A stretch of DNA of 63,954 nucleotides, the filler included, from Candidatus Babelota bacterium (lineage in GTDB: Bacteria; JAGOBX01): NCBI GenBank assembly GCA_017999075.1. It is 8 parts of 8 records of this genome, joined end to end, with 100 filler letters (N's around TTAATTAATTAA, not from the genome) between each part and the next. Parts side by side here need not be neighbours in the genome. Positions count along the whole stretch, not along the records: positions 8,369 to 16,599 come from JAGOBX010000141.1; positions 16,700 to 24,894 come from JAGOBX010000142.1; 6 more parts are not named here. One strand, 5' to 3'. The position numbers were made by a program, and so were the translations under genes. Positions 9,722 to 19,801 of the stretch are shown piece by piece (positions within the stretch are counted from its first letter, which is position 1; each line of letters opens with the position of its first letter). The notes under the pieces are model-generated. The model did not search any database. It was not told the origin of the DNA and worked only from the letters and a program-made list of their open reading frames with translations.

Positions 9722-10371
9722 TAAACTTTCATTTTTATCATAGTAATTTCAATATAATCAGCAACATTTTCTATTGAATCTGCTATTCCTGAAATCAGTG
9801 TTATAAGTTCTTCGATTATTAATTTATCAACTTTATCAAGAGTTGTATTAGTTTTATAGAGATACATTTTAGCAGCCCATTCGATTTTATCAACTTTTTG
9901 TTCATATTTTGAAACTTCTTCAGCAAGCTGCATTATTTTTTTGAAATTATTAGGTATAAATTCAAAAATTTCAAGGAATTTGTTGTAAGTTTCAAGTACA
10001 GCTTCAGTAAGCTGTTTTAAATAAATTTTAATTTCATTAGGCATATCGACTTGACGTAAAAATATCTCTTTACAAACTTTTACTGCAAGTCCAGGGACCT
10101 TGTCAACAAAATCAGGAATCCTCGTAAAATTTTCTCTGTAAAACGGAAGGAAAGCTCCTTCGCAGAGTTTACGCTGAATTTCTCTTCTTGCTTCGTCAGC
10201 TTCGTGTTCTTTTTTATGAACCTGAAAAGATAATTCTTTGAGTTGTTCGTCGTTTGCGCCGTCGCAATAAGCAGTGATAAAATCATTAAATAATTTTAAA
10301 TTTTCTTCTATCAAATCAAAATGCTGTCCCATTAATTCAATAACTTTTTCTTCTTTGTTACGAAAAAACAT
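9721..10371 (-). CDS. DUF47/TIGR00153 PhoU-like phosphate transport regulator
   Basis: 'EHEADEARR...GAFLPFYRE', 'IADSIENVAD'; directly downstream of a PiT gene. Confidence 0.9.
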   Translation of the reverse strand: MFFRNKEEKVIELMGQHFDLIEENLKLFNDFITAYCDGANDEQLKELSFQVHKKEHEADEARREIQRKLCEGAFLPFYRENFTRIPDFVDKVPGLAVKVCKEIFLRQVDMPNEIKIYLKQLTEAVLETYNKFLEIFEFIPNNFKKIMQLAEEVSKYEQKVDKIEWAAKMYLYKTNTTLDKVDKLIIEELITLISGIADSIENVADYIEITMIKMKV

Positions 10372-10398
10372 TTTAACTCCCCCTTTTTCCGAAATATT

Positions 10399-11493
10399 TT
10401 ATAAAGCAAATTTGTAAAGAATATATGCTATAGTAGCCCCTAAAACCGGAGTCATTACCCATCCTATAAAAATAAATCCTAATGTTTTGTATCTTATTGT
10501 ATTTCCACCGCGTATTAGACCTATGCCCATAACAGCACCGACTATTGCCTGAGATGAAGAGACAGGTACTTTTAACATTGTAAAGACCATTAAACTTAAT
10601 GAATGAGAAAATACTGTTATCATAGCAGAAAACGGGTCAAGAGCTGTAATACTGCTGCCTACTGTATACATAACTTTTTTACTGTAAGTCAAAGCTCCTA
10701 TTGCAATTGATAAGCTTCCTATAAATGCTGCTATTAGAGCAGGCTCTTTCCACCAGACGTGAACTGCGTTTGCACTGATATCGCCGAACATCCCTGAATT
10801 ATAATATGGAGCTGTAGTGATAACAACATTATTCGCGCCGAGTTCGTATGCTCCATAACTTCCAGCTAAAAGTAAGAGAATTCTGTAAAGTCTGTTTAAT
10901 CCGGATAGATCTTTACCATAAAATAGTTTTATTATAAAACCTACTATGTAATATAATACTATTGAAATTATAGCTGTTCCTATAGGATTCAATACCCAAC
11001 ATACAAGCATTTTTCCGAATTTGGTCCAATCAGCTACGGTAGCCCAGTTTATAGGTCCTCCTAAAGCCAAAGCGTCAGATATCGCCATTCCAAGCATTGC
11101 ACCGATTGCGGCTTGAGAAGTAGATGCAGGAATACCAAGAATTGTGGCTACAAGAACAGTTAATGCCGCAGCTAATGTTGAAATAAATGCTTTTGTTTCG
11201 TTATTTGAACTTTTTTCATTTTGTTTTTCACTTGGTGATTGAGAAGTTTGCTGCTCTGAATTTTCGTTCTGAGATGTGTGTTTAAAATTTAGTTCTTCAA
11301 AAAGATGAGTACCGTGGATACAGGAACCAAGTATTACAAATATGGCTATTAAAGTTACCGCTGTTTTGAATTTAATTGAATTTGTGGCTACAGCAGTTCC
11401 GAAAACATTAGCAGAATCATTTGCTCCAACCCCCCATCCGAGAAATAATCCGCCGAACAGTTTCCAATTAAGGATTTTTAACAATGAAATCAT
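10399..11493 (-). CDS. pit: Inorganic phosphate transporter, PiT family
   Basis: Two PiT signatures, 'GANDSAN' and 'GANNV', plus 'PVSSSQAIVGA'. Confidence 0.92.
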   Translation of the reverse strand: MISLLKILNWKLFGGLFLGWGVGANDSANVFGTAVATNSIKFKTAVTLIAIFVILGSCIHGTHLFEELNFKHTSQNENSEQQTSQSPSEKQNEKSSNNETKAFISTLAAALTVLVATILGIPASTSQAAIGAMLGMAISDALALGGPINWATVADWTKFGKMLVCWVLNPIGTAIISIVLYYIVGFIIKLFYGKDLSGLNRLYRILLLLAGSYGAYELGANNVVITTAPYYNSGMFGDISANAVHVWWKEPALIAAFIGSLSIAIGALTYSKKVMYTVGSSITALDPFSAMITVFSHSLSLMVFTMLKVPVSSSQAIVGAVMGIGLIRGGNTIRYKTLGFIFIGWVMTPVLGATIAYILYKFAL

Positions 11494-11537
11494 ATCTTAT
11501 TATCTCCGTATGTTTCATTTAAAAATAATATTATAAT

Positions 11538-13136
11538 CTAATAATAAAATTTTTCAATGAAATTTTTTGATAAGTCAAAGTTTTGTTCATAAGAAAATAA
11601 TTTATAATAAAATTTTTCTGATTTTTTTGTAATATCGTTTATTCCGAATAATTTTTTTTCGGTTTTTATTTTGTTATATAAAATTTTAAACAGCAAGCTT
11701 TGATTGAGTTTAACATTTGAAACGATATTATTATTGCCTAATTCAGGAAGTTCAATATTATTTTCTGAATTAAAAATTTTTATTAAATTAAGAGTCCGTA
11801 TTAAACGGAAGAAAGTTATTAAATCTGTTTTAGAAAAAAAATCAGTTTCATAACAGGCAGCAGTCATTCTCATAGCAGAATAAGGGATTTTATCTATTTT
11901 TGATTTGTGATATTTAAAAATATCAAGGTTTGGAAGAGGATAAAAAATAGAAGGTCCTATTACAACATTTTTTTGTTCAGTTAAAAATTCCAATGCTTTT
12001 ATTAAATCATCATATGATTGACCGGGTAATCCTATTATTAAATAAACAGTTACAAGCATATTGAGATTATATGCGGCTTGAATGATTTCCGATAATAATT
12101 TTAAATCTGTTTTTCTTGAAAAATTTTGTGCGCCGCAGTCGACAAGAGATATATTCAAAGTTTGCATTCCTGATTTATTTAAGCATTTTATTAAATTTGA
12201 ATCAAGATTTATATAATGCAGTCCGTTCATAAAATATAGTTTAAGATCAGAAAAATTTTTTATGATAAATTCACAGAATTCAAATGTATAAAATTTGTCG
12301 GAAGTAAAATTTTCGTCTTCAATATTAAGAGCTGTAAGTCCGTATCTTTTTATGTTATACGAAATTTCATTTTTAACAATTTCAATATTTTTTTTTGAAT
12401 AACCTGTTGTATTTTTATTTGAAGAACAGAACGTGCAGCTGTATCCGCATCCTCGTGATGTTACTAAAGAAAGGCATTTTTGTTTTCCGATTTTGTATTT
12501 TTCGGTATCAATGAAATCAAGTTTATAAAAGTTGTCATTAATATTGAAATTGTCAGATTTATGCGTAATTATGAGCTGGTTATTTCTTATAAAAGCTATG
12601 TTAGGAACATTTTCCGGAGAACTAATACTTAACAATAAATTTTTTAAAGTTTCTTCTCCTTCGCGGAATACGGTAAAATCAATGACTCCTGATTTTAAGA
12701 GAAGTTCAAACATTACAGGGATATTATTTCCTCCTGCTATAACAGGTTTGCCTGAAAAATTTTTTTTTATAATTCCGCAGTATTCAATAACAGTTTTATA
12801 ATAAGGAGTAAAGTTAGAAGATATACAAAAATAATCGGTATCATAATATTTGGTTTTAAGAATGCTTTCAAATTTTTCATTTGAATATCCAAACCTGAAA
12901 AAATCGTGGAATAATTTTGCCGGTGAAAAATCTTTGACATAATATTTGTTCAAATATTCAAAGTCATCGTCTGTTTTAATTTTTAGCGGTTTAATACCGG
13001 TAACACAGTCGAGAATTTTAACATTAATTTTGAATTTTTGAAGGTAATTAGCTATATAAATGAGCCCTGTAGGGAAAGTACGTTGTTTAGTTATATAAAA
13101 ATCTTCTATAGCAGGCTGTATCAATAATACGTTCAT
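11538..13136 (-). CDS. B12-binding domain radical SAM protein
   Basis: N-terminal cobalamin-binding region 'PTGLIYIA...IAGG' and the CxxxCxxC motif 'TSRGCGYSCTFC'. Confidence 0.88.
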   Translation of the reverse strand: MNVLLIQPAIEDFYITKQRTFPTGLIYIANYLQKFKINVKILDCVTGIKPLKIKTDDDFEYLNKYYVKDFSPAKLFHDFFRFGYSNEKFESILKTKYYDTDYFCISSNFTPYYKTVIEYCGIIKKNFSGKPVIAGGNNIPVMFELLLKSGVIDFTVFREGEETLKNLLLSISSPENVPNIAFIRNNQLIITHKSDNFNINDNFYKLDFIDTEKYKIGKQKCLSLVTSRGCGYSCTFCSSNKNTTGYSKKNIEIVKNEISYNIKRYGLTALNIEDENFTSDKFYTFEFCEFIIKNFSDLKLYFMNGLHYINLDSNLIKCLNKSGMQTLNISLVDCGAQNFSRKTDLKLLSEIIQAAYNLNMLVTVYLIIGLPGQSYDDLIKALEFLTEQKNVVIGPSIFYPLPNLDIFKYHKSKIDKIPYSAMRMTAACYETDFFSKTDLITFFRLIRTLNLIKIFNSENNIELPELGNNNIVSNVKLNQSLLFKILYNKIKTEKKLFGINDITKKSEKFYYKLFSYEQNFDLSKNFIEKFYY

Positions 13137-13251
13137 TTTAACAATAATAATTTTGATAATCTAAAAATCAATATATTTATTGACTTTTTTGTATAATTTT
13201 ATAAAACTAAAAACTTAAAAAATATTATACTTTTTAAATTGATGTAATTTT

Positions 13252-14463
13252 ATGAAAAAACAATTGATTTTATTTTTGATGTTATATTTTATTTTTGTTT
13301 CATGCGGACATAAAAATGTTGTATTAAAACCTGACGTAAAACCGATATGGACAAATCAGAATTCATTGAAAAAAATTGATTCCGTAATTTTTTCTGACGA
13401 TTTGACAAAACAGTCTTTGATTAGTGCAGCAGAAAATTCTTTGAAATATATAAATAAAAAAAATTCTTCGGATGTTTTATATTTCGGTTCTGATACTTTT
13501 TCAATATCCCAATTAAAAACTACAATAATTGATTTTAAAACAAAAGTTGAAGAATTAGATTTGACGGATACTTTTTTTAATTATATAAGTCAGAATTATC
13601 ATATTTATAAATCTGCTTCAGATACTGTTTTATTTACAGGTTATTATGAAGCTTTTTTAAAAGGATCATTGGTTCAATCGGACACGTTCAGGTATCCGTT
13701 ATATTCTAAGCCTGAGGACATGTATAAAATTGAATTATCCAAATTTCCCATATACTCTAAATTTAAAGATTCAGGATTACCGAAACAATTGCGATGCAGA
13801 ATAGACAATTCAGGCAAAACGGTTTTACCGTACTATACCAGAGATGAAATAGATAATGGGAAAAAACTTGAAAATAAAAATTTAGAGATTGTTTGGTGCG
13901 ACAGTTTAATAGATATATTTTTTCTTCAGATTCAAGGTTCGGGTATAGTTCAGCTTGATAACGGTGATTCAATGCGCGTTAATTACAGCGATGAAAACGG
14001 GCATCCGTATAAACCGATAGGAAAATATTTACTGGAAAAAAAAGTTTTAACCAAAGAAAATGTTTCTATGCAGTCTATACGTTCTTATCTTGAATCTCAC
14101 AATGAAGAAATTACGGATGTTTTTAATTATAATCCGAGTTATGTTTTTTTTAGAAAAGTTGAGGAAGGTCCTCTTGGAAATATAGAAGTACCATTAACTC
14201 CGTTACGCAGCGCAGCTTTTGATTCAAGAATTTTCCCGAAAGGGGCGTTGTGTTTTATAGAAACTTATAAACCTGTGTTTGATGAAAATAACAGGATTAT
14301 AGATTGGAAGAAATGTTACAGATTTATTTTTAATCAGGATACAGGAGGCGCAATTGTAGGACCTGGCAGAGTAGATTTGTTTACAGGTTTTGGAAAACAG
14401 AGCGAAATTACAGCAGGTCATTTGAAACATTACGGAAACCTGTATTTTTTGATAAAAAAATAA
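13252..14463 (+). CDS. mltA: Membrane-bound lytic murein transglycosylase A (lipoprotein)
   Basis: Lipobox FVSC; 'FTGYYE', 'FFLQIQGSG', 'NPSYVFF'; catalytic 'QDTGGAI..GRVDLF'. Confidence 0.93.
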   Translation: MKKQLILFLMLYFIFVSCGHKNVVLKPDVKPIWTNQNSLKKIDSVIFSDDLTKQSLISAAENSLKYINKKNSSDVLYFGSDTFSISQLKTTIIDFKTKVEELDLTDTFFNYISQNYHIYKSASDTVLFTGYYEAFLKGSLVQSDTFRYPLYSKPEDMYKIELSKFPIYSKFKDSGLPKQLRCRIDNSGKTVLPYYTRDEIDNGKKLENKNLEIVWCDSLIDIFFLQIQGSGIVQLDNGDSMRVNYSDENGHPYKPIGKYLLEKKVLTKENVSMQSIRSYLESHNEEITDVFNYNPSYVFFRKVEEGPLGNIEVPLTPLRSAAFDSRIFPKGALCFIETYKPVFDENNRIIDWKKCYRFIFNQDTGGAIVGPGRVDLFTGFGKQSEITAGHLKHYGNLYFLIKK

Positions 14464-14497
14464 AAGTTATTATTTAAAATTAATCTGTTATTTTATT

Positions 14498-16546
14498 TCA
14501 TAAAATTTTAAATTTGCTTACAAGTTTTGAAAGGTTTTCGGAAATATTTTTTAAATTGTTAATTTCTTCAGAAACTTTTTCTGCTGAACTTAAATTGAAA
14601 TTAGAAGCTTTATTAATTTCTTCCATTGATTTGTTTATATGATCAGCTCCATTTTTCTGTTTATTCATAGCAGAATTTATCTCTTTTGTTATATTCGCTA
14701 CATTTTTCATGGAAAGAACTATTTCTTCAATTGATCTTGCCTGCAACCCCTGAGCCTGAGTTATTTCACCGGTAATCTGTTTAAGTTTTTCTACTTCCTG
14801 TAATATTAAATTTCCACCTTCATTTTGTTCAGTTATAGCTGAATTTACCTGTTTTATCAATGAAGTCATATTTATAAATTTTTCTGTGATAGCGTTAAGA
14901 ATAGATCCTGTATCGTTTGATAATGTCATGCCTCCTGAAGCAAGATCAAAGCCCTCTTTTGTTGAAATAATTGCTTTGTTGGTTTCATTTTGTATATCTT
15001 TGATTATCGCAGAAATTTCTTTTGCTGATTTTGATGAACGCTCTGCAAGTTTCCTGACTTCTTCAGCTACTACGGCAAATCCTTTTCCGTGTTCGCCTGA
15101 TCTTGCCGCCTCTATAGCTGCATTTAAAGCAAGCAGATTGGTTTGTTCAGCAATTTCGTCAATAACCCCGACTATTTGGTCAATATTCATTGCGCGCATT
15201 CCTAAATTTTCCATTATTTTAACAAGTTCTGACATTTTATTGCAAATTTCGTTCATACTGCTTATGACGGAATTTATTGATTTTTTGCCTGTTTCAGTAG
15301 TCTTTCCGCTTTCGTCAGCAGCTTCGCTTACTAAAGATACATTTGATGTTATTGAACTTATATTTCTCATCATTTCTTCAATTGCAGATGATGTTTGAAC
15401 AACTGATTTAGACATTTCATTTGTATTTTCAGATATTCGCTTTACAGAAAATGAAATATTCTGCGTGGAATCATTGGTTTGAGTTACAAGATTGTTTTGA
15501 GATTCAACATTTTTTGTGGTTGAAGAAATATTTAGATTGAATTCATTCATTGTCACAACAGTCTCTTTTATAGACGCAGTTGTTTCTTCTGTAGCAGCCA
15601 ATACTTTGTTTATTTGGCCGTCGACTACTGCTGTAGCTTCAAACATATTTTTTGACATTGATTTAATATTGTTTATCATTCCGGATAAATTATCCACCAT
15701 ATCATTTAATATTTTTGACATTTTTCCGAGTTCATTATTATTTGTAATAATAATTTTTTCAGTCAGATCTCCGTCGCTTATTTTTTTAGCTACTAAAACT
15801 ACATTATTAATTGGTTTTTCTATAAATTTCCTGACAATACCTCTTATAAGAATAATTGATAAAAATATTATTAATATAGTTATTATTAAACTTTTAATAA
15901 ATTGTTTTTTTACGGCAGCATCCATTTGATTTAATGAAAGTATAACTTCGAAAGCTCCGTGAACTTCTCCTGTTTTCCAATCCTCCATTTTTATGCCGGT
16001 TACATCAAGACCTTTATCATTTCCCCAAATCTGCTGAGATGAAGAAGGATCTCCGTGACACAATAAGCATTCTTTCGTAAGTTTAATTGCTTTTAAATAT
16101 CTGACAGAATTAAGTGATTTATCAATTTGAATATAATCTTCACTTATTCCTGATTCCAATTCCTCCAATGCTTTTTTTTCAAAATCGTCAGGAGAGTTTT
16201 TTATGTTTCTCGGATGATTTTTTGGAACTTTAAAAATATATCCCCCTCTTTCTGCTTCACGCTGAGCAGCCTGCCATGCAAGAACTACAGGAACCGTTGC
16301 GACAACCTGTTTCGGATCAGTTAAATCTTTTCTGAAAATATCCAGGTTATACCTGTCAGCCATTTCATTTCGCACACTTTCAGCATTTAAAACAAGAGCT
16401 TTTGAAAGTTTTATCATGGAATCCATTTTAGAATTTTTATAGTCATTAATATTTACTATAAAAGTTATTATTGCAACTATAAATATAATCAGAATAACTA
16501 TGGTTAAAATGAAATTTCCTATTTTTTCACTAATAAATGCTGGCAT
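14498..16546 (-). CDS. Methyl-accepting chemotaxis protein with DUF3365-type c-heme sensor domain
   Basis: Two TMs, periplasmic 'CLLCHG' (CxxCH) and 'GEVHGAFEV', HAMP, and signalling tip '[34 protein letters not shown]'. Confidence 0.92.
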   Translation of the reverse strand: MPAFISEKIGNFILTIVILIIFIVAIITFIVNINDYKNSKMDSMIKLSKALVLNAESVRNEMADRYNLDIFRKDLTDPKQVVATVPVVLAWQAAQREAERGGYIFKVPKNHPRNIKNSPDDFEKKALEELESGISEDYIQIDKSLNSVRYLKAIKLTKECLLCHGDPSSSQQIWGNDKGLDVTGIKMEDWKTGEVHGAFEVILSLNQMDAAVKKQFIKSLIITILIIFLSIILIRGIVRKFIEKPINNVVLVAKKISDGDLTEKIIITNNNELGKMSKILNDMVDNLSGMINNIKSMSKNMFEATAVVDGQINKVLAATEETTASIKETVVTMNEFNLNISSTTKNVESQNNLVTQTNDSTQNISFSVKRISENTNEMSKSVVQTSSAIEEMMRNISSITSNVSLVSEAADESGKTTETGKKSINSVISSMNEICNKMSELVKIMENLGMRAMNIDQIVGVIDEIAEQTNLLALNAAIEAARSGEHGKGFAVVAEEVRKLAERSSKSAKEISAIIKDIQNETNKAIISTKEGFDLASGGMTLSNDTGSILNAITEKFINMTSLIKQVNSAITEQNEGGNLILQEVEKLKQITGEITQAQGLQARSIEEIVLSMKNVANITKEINSAMNKQKNGADHINKSMEEINKASNFNLSSAEKVSEEINNLKNISENLSKLVSKFKIL

Positions 16547-16599
16547 AATTCCTCCTGAAGTTTAAAATTTTTTCTGGTTCCGTTTAAAAAAACGGAAAG

Positions 16600-16699
16600 N
16601 NNNNNNNNNNNNNNNNNNNNNNNNNNNNNNNNNNNNNNNNNNNTTAATTAATTAANNNNNNNNNNNNNNNNNNNNNNNNNNNNNNNNNNNNNNNNNNNN
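16600..16699. other. Artificial contig linker
   Basis: N44-TTAATTAATTAA-N44. Confidence 0.99.
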
Positions 16700-16898
16700 T
16701 GTTAGAACTTAACAATTCTCTGATTTCATTAAGTTTTTCTATTGTAACAGGTTCATTGTATTTCACTATAACATTAGCTCCGCCGGCAAAATCTATTCCA
16801 TATTTTAAACCTTTATGATACCCTATAGAAATCAAACCGGCTATAATAATTATTACAGATAAAGTTATAAAAATATTCCGTTTTCCGATAATGTCCAT
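16700..16898 (-). CDS. secF: Protein translocase subunit SecF, N-terminal fragment (3' truncated)
   Basis: 'GLKYGIDFAGG' motif directly downstream of secD, with an AGGAG RBS. Confidence 0.9.
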
Positions 16899-16938
16899 AA
16901 TTTTGTTCCAACTCCTTAATAAAAGTAATAAATATTAA

Positions 16939-18447
16939 TTATTTTTTCGCTGTAGGCAAACATTTGTCTAACAAAATTGCCAATGGCGAAAAAACAGGGA
17001 TATTCGATATATTATTATTATTCAAAAGAATTATCAGCATTGTTCTTGTAATAAATATACCTGCAAACATACTGCATAATATACCTAATGTCAAAGTTAC
17101 AGCAAACCCGCGAATAGGACCTGCGCCGTACTGATATAAAACTATAGCTATAATCAAAGTGGTTATATTAGCGTCTGCAATAGTGATAAATGCTTTTGAA
17201 TATCCTGTTTCTATTGCTCCGCGCATTTTTTTGCCAAGCCGCATTTCTTCTTTTATACGTTCAAATATTATAACATTAGCATCTACTGCCATCCCTATAG
17301 TCAATGCTATTCCTGCGATACCAGGCAAAGTTAAAGTCGCTCCTAAAAAAGCCATACATCCAAGCATCATAAAAATATTAAGAATCAATGCTATATCTGC
17401 TATTATTCCGAAAGCCAGATAATACAATATCATAAACAATACTACTCCCACGCTTCCGATATAAGCAGCTTTAATTCCTTTCTGTATAGAATCAGCTCCC
17501 AATGACGGTCCTACAGTCTGTTCTTCAAGTATATCTATAGGAACAGGCAAAGCTCCTGATCTAAGTTTTATAGCTATATTTTTAGCTTCATCAAGATTGA
17601 ACCCGCCTTCAATAATACCTTCTCCTCCGGGTATTCTTGATTTTATATGAGGAGCCATCAGCACATTATTATCAAGAACTATTGCAAGACGGTTATTATC
17701 AGTCTGGCTGCGTTCTCTGTATCTGTCTGTAAGATTTTCAAAAGTTACAGCTGCATTAGGTTTGAGTTTAAAAGATATTATAGGTTTGTTTTCCTGATTT
17801 ATGTTTACATCTGCAGTTCTCAAATCATCGCCGCGGAGTTCCACTTTGTTTGAAATCAAATAAGGAATCTTTTTAGGAGTTTTCCCGTCTTCAAGCATTA
17901 CTGGAAAACCTTCCTGAGTTTTAGGATATTCATACAAAATTTTATAATCTGCAGGAACAATTTTTCCCGGAAGCAAATCTCCTTTTTCATCCGTAATCTC
18001 TTTAATGAGCATATCATTTTCTTTATGAACCATTTTAAATTCAAGTACAGCCTGTCCTTCTATAAGTTTTCTCGCACGCTGAGGATCTCTCAATCCCGGA
18101 AGTTCTATTTCGATTCTATCATTAGCCAATCTTTTTATTGAAGGTTCAGCAACTCCAAACTGGTCAATACGGTTTCTTATAATTTCAAGAGTTTTTTCTA
18201 CTGCATCTTTTGTATATTGTTTAACGTCAACAGTTTTATCTTTTGCCGCAAGATTTTCAATATACTTTGTATTAACCTGAATAATCAAATGCATTCCGCC
18301 CTGTAAGTCCAATCCAAGATTTATTGTAGGAGGAAATCCTTTAAACGTATCAATTTCTTTCCAGTCTTTAACAGGATAAAGCGATACAAAAGAAATTACC
18401 AGTATCGCAGCAATTATAACTATGCGCAATGTAACATTTTTCAGCAT
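16939..18447 (-). CDS. secD: Protein translocase subunit SecD
   Basis: 'LGLDLQGG', 'RIDQFGVAEP', 'LRSGALP', 'IGMAVDANVIIFERIKEE'. Start placed at the ATG at 18447, after a GGAGGA RBS. Confidence 0.97.
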   Translation of the reverse strand: MLKNVTLRIVIIAAILVISFVSLYPVKDWKEIDTFKGFPPTINLGLDLQGGMHLIIQVNTKYIENLAAKDKTVDVKQYTKDAVEKTLEIIRNRIDQFGVAEPSIKRLANDRIEIELPGLRDPQRARKLIEGQAVLEFKMVHKENDMLIKEITDEKGDLLPGKIVPADYKILYEYPKTQEGFPVMLEDGKTPKKIPYLISNKVELRGDDLRTADVNINQENKPIISFKLKPNAAVTFENLTDRYRERSQTDNNRLAIVLDNNVLMAPHIKSRIPGGEGIIEGGFNLDEAKNIAIKLRSGALPVPIDILEEQTVGPSLGADSIQKGIKAAYIGSVGVVLFMILYYLAFGIIADIALILNIFMMLGCMAFLGATLTLPGIAGIALTIGMAVDANVIIFERIKEEMRLGKKMRGAIETGYSKAFITIADANITTLIIAIVLYQYGAGPIRGFAVTLTLGILCSMFAGIFITRTMLIILLNNNNISNIPVFSPLAILLDKCLPTAKK

Positions 18448-18623
18448 ATTAAATTCCTCCAAAAATTTAACTATAATATAATAACATTAATATAATACAT
18501 CAAACTTTAATGTTTGAAAAAAATAATTCAAAAATTTCTTTAGTCTTATAACTTTCAAATTTTTGAAACACGTATTTATTTTATAAAACTTTTTTTGTCA
18601 GTCTTATCTAAAATAAGTTAGTA

Positions 18624-18708
18624 AAATTACTTTAAATATTGCATAATGTCAAGTTTTTTTAAAAAAAGTTTAAAAAAAAGTTGACAAATATAGTTTTTTT
18701 AATATTAT
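18624..18708. promoter_or_regulatory. Back-to-back sigma70-type promoters for secD and rplU
   Basis: Plus strand: TTGACA (18681-18686), 16 nt, TATTAT (18703-18708). Minus strand: TTGACA (18652-18647), 17 nt, TAATTT. A/T tracts lie between the two -35 boxes. Confidence 0.6.
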
Positions 18709-18748
18709 TTATAAGTTAATAAAATTGGACTTGGAGGAAAATCCCATT

Positions 18749-19069
18749 ATGTATGCAATAATAAAAATTGGAGCAAGTCAATTCAAGGCAGAAAAAAATC
18801 AGGAAATTAATGCTCCTTATTTGCCTGATTATTCAAAAGGCGATTTATTTGAAATAAACGATGTCGCTATGTTTAAAGATGACAAAGACAACGTAAAAAT
18901 AGGAACACCTTTTTTGTCGAACGTTATTGTTAAAGCAAAACTTGTTGCTCACGATAAAGAAGACAAAATTATTATTCAGAAATTCCGTAAACGGAAAAGA
19001 TCTAAAAAACGCACAGGTCACCGTCAGAATTTCAGTAAAATAAAGATTATGGATATAATCTGCAAATGA
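18749..19069 (+). CDS. rplU: 50S ribosomal protein L21
   Basis: 'MYAIIKIGASQFKA', 'KIGTPFL', 'GHRQNFS'; GGAGG RBS upstream of the ATG at 18749. Confidence 0.96.
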   Translation: MYAIIKIGASQFKAEKNQEINAPYLPDYSKGDLFEINDVAMFKDDKDNVKIGTPFLSNVIVKAKLVAHDKEDKIIIQKFRKRKRSKKRTGHRQNFSKIKIMDIICK

Positions 19070-19389
19070 TAGAAATTACCGTTATTAACCGTAAAATTGA
19101 AAACGGTTTATCTGCGGTAAAAGTCGAAGGTCATTCCAAAAACATTACTTTATGTAATGCTGTATCCATACTGATGAAAAATTTAGAAATCGGATTTGAA
19201 TATGCTTCTTGCATAAAATCAGAATCCAACAGCGTTAAGTTTAATGTTAACAGACCTGCGCCTGGGACTTTTGAAATTTATTATAATAATACGGAATATA
19301 CAGATTTTCTGATTTCTGTTTTTAAACAAACGGTAAATTGGCTGATAAATCAATATCCGGATGAAATTAAAATTTACGAGGTGAATTAA
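19066..19389 (+). CDS. prp: Prp-like ribosomal-processing cysteine protease (YsxB family)
   Basis: Located between rplU and rpmA; 'VEGHS....LCNAVS' His/Cys pair; C-terminal 'QYPDEI'. Confidence 0.82.
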   Translation: MIEITVINRKIENGLSAVKVEGHSKNITLCNAVSILMKNLEIGFEYASCIKSESNSVKFNVNRPAPGTFEIYYNNTEYTDFLISVFKQTVNWLINQYPDEIKIYEVN

Positions 19390-19390
19390 T

Positions 19391-19651
19391 ATGGCTCATA
19401 AAAAAGGAGTCGGAAGTTCAAGAAACGGACGCGACAGTAACCCGCAATTTCTTGGAGTTAAACGTTATGGCGGTCAATTGGTAAAGGCAGGAAACATTAT
19501 AGTCCGTCAAAAAGGTACTAAATTCCATCCAGGAAAAAATGTAGGGATTGGGAAAGACGATACTTTATTTGCTTTAAAAGACGGGTACGTAAAATTTTTC
19601 CGCAAAAAAGAAGACCGCAGATTTGTAGAAATAACAGAATCTGCCGAATAA
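19391..19651 (+). CDS. rpmA: 50S ribosomal protein L27 (short form)
   Basis: '[16 protein letters not shown]...[15 protein letters not shown]'. Confidence 0.98.
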   Translation: MAHKKGVGSSRNGRDSNPQFLGVKRYGGQLVKAGNIIVRQKGTKFHPGKNVGIGKDDTLFALKDGYVKFFRKKEDRRFVEITESAE

Positions 19652-19746
19652 TAAATTGCTGCCAGTCAATTCTAAAAATAAACATTTAAATTGAGATTAT
19701 TTTATATTATTTATTTTTAGAGCAATACAGTAATTTCAAGTTTTCT

Positions 19747-19780
19747 TTAAAAAAAGGGAGGCGATGTCTCCCTTTTTTAA
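19747..19780 (+). terminator. Rho-independent terminator after rplU-prp-rpmA
   Basis: AAAAAAGGGAG-GCGATGT-CTCCCTTTTTT hairpin with a U-tract. Confidence 0.85.
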
Positions 19781-19801
19781 TTTAATTATTTAACCCGGTT
19801 T

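Noticed and set aside
16578-16597. TTCCGTTT/AAACGGAA hairpin upstream of the MCP
   Set aside because: No adjacent U-tract in the relevant direction, and context is lost at the contig edge.
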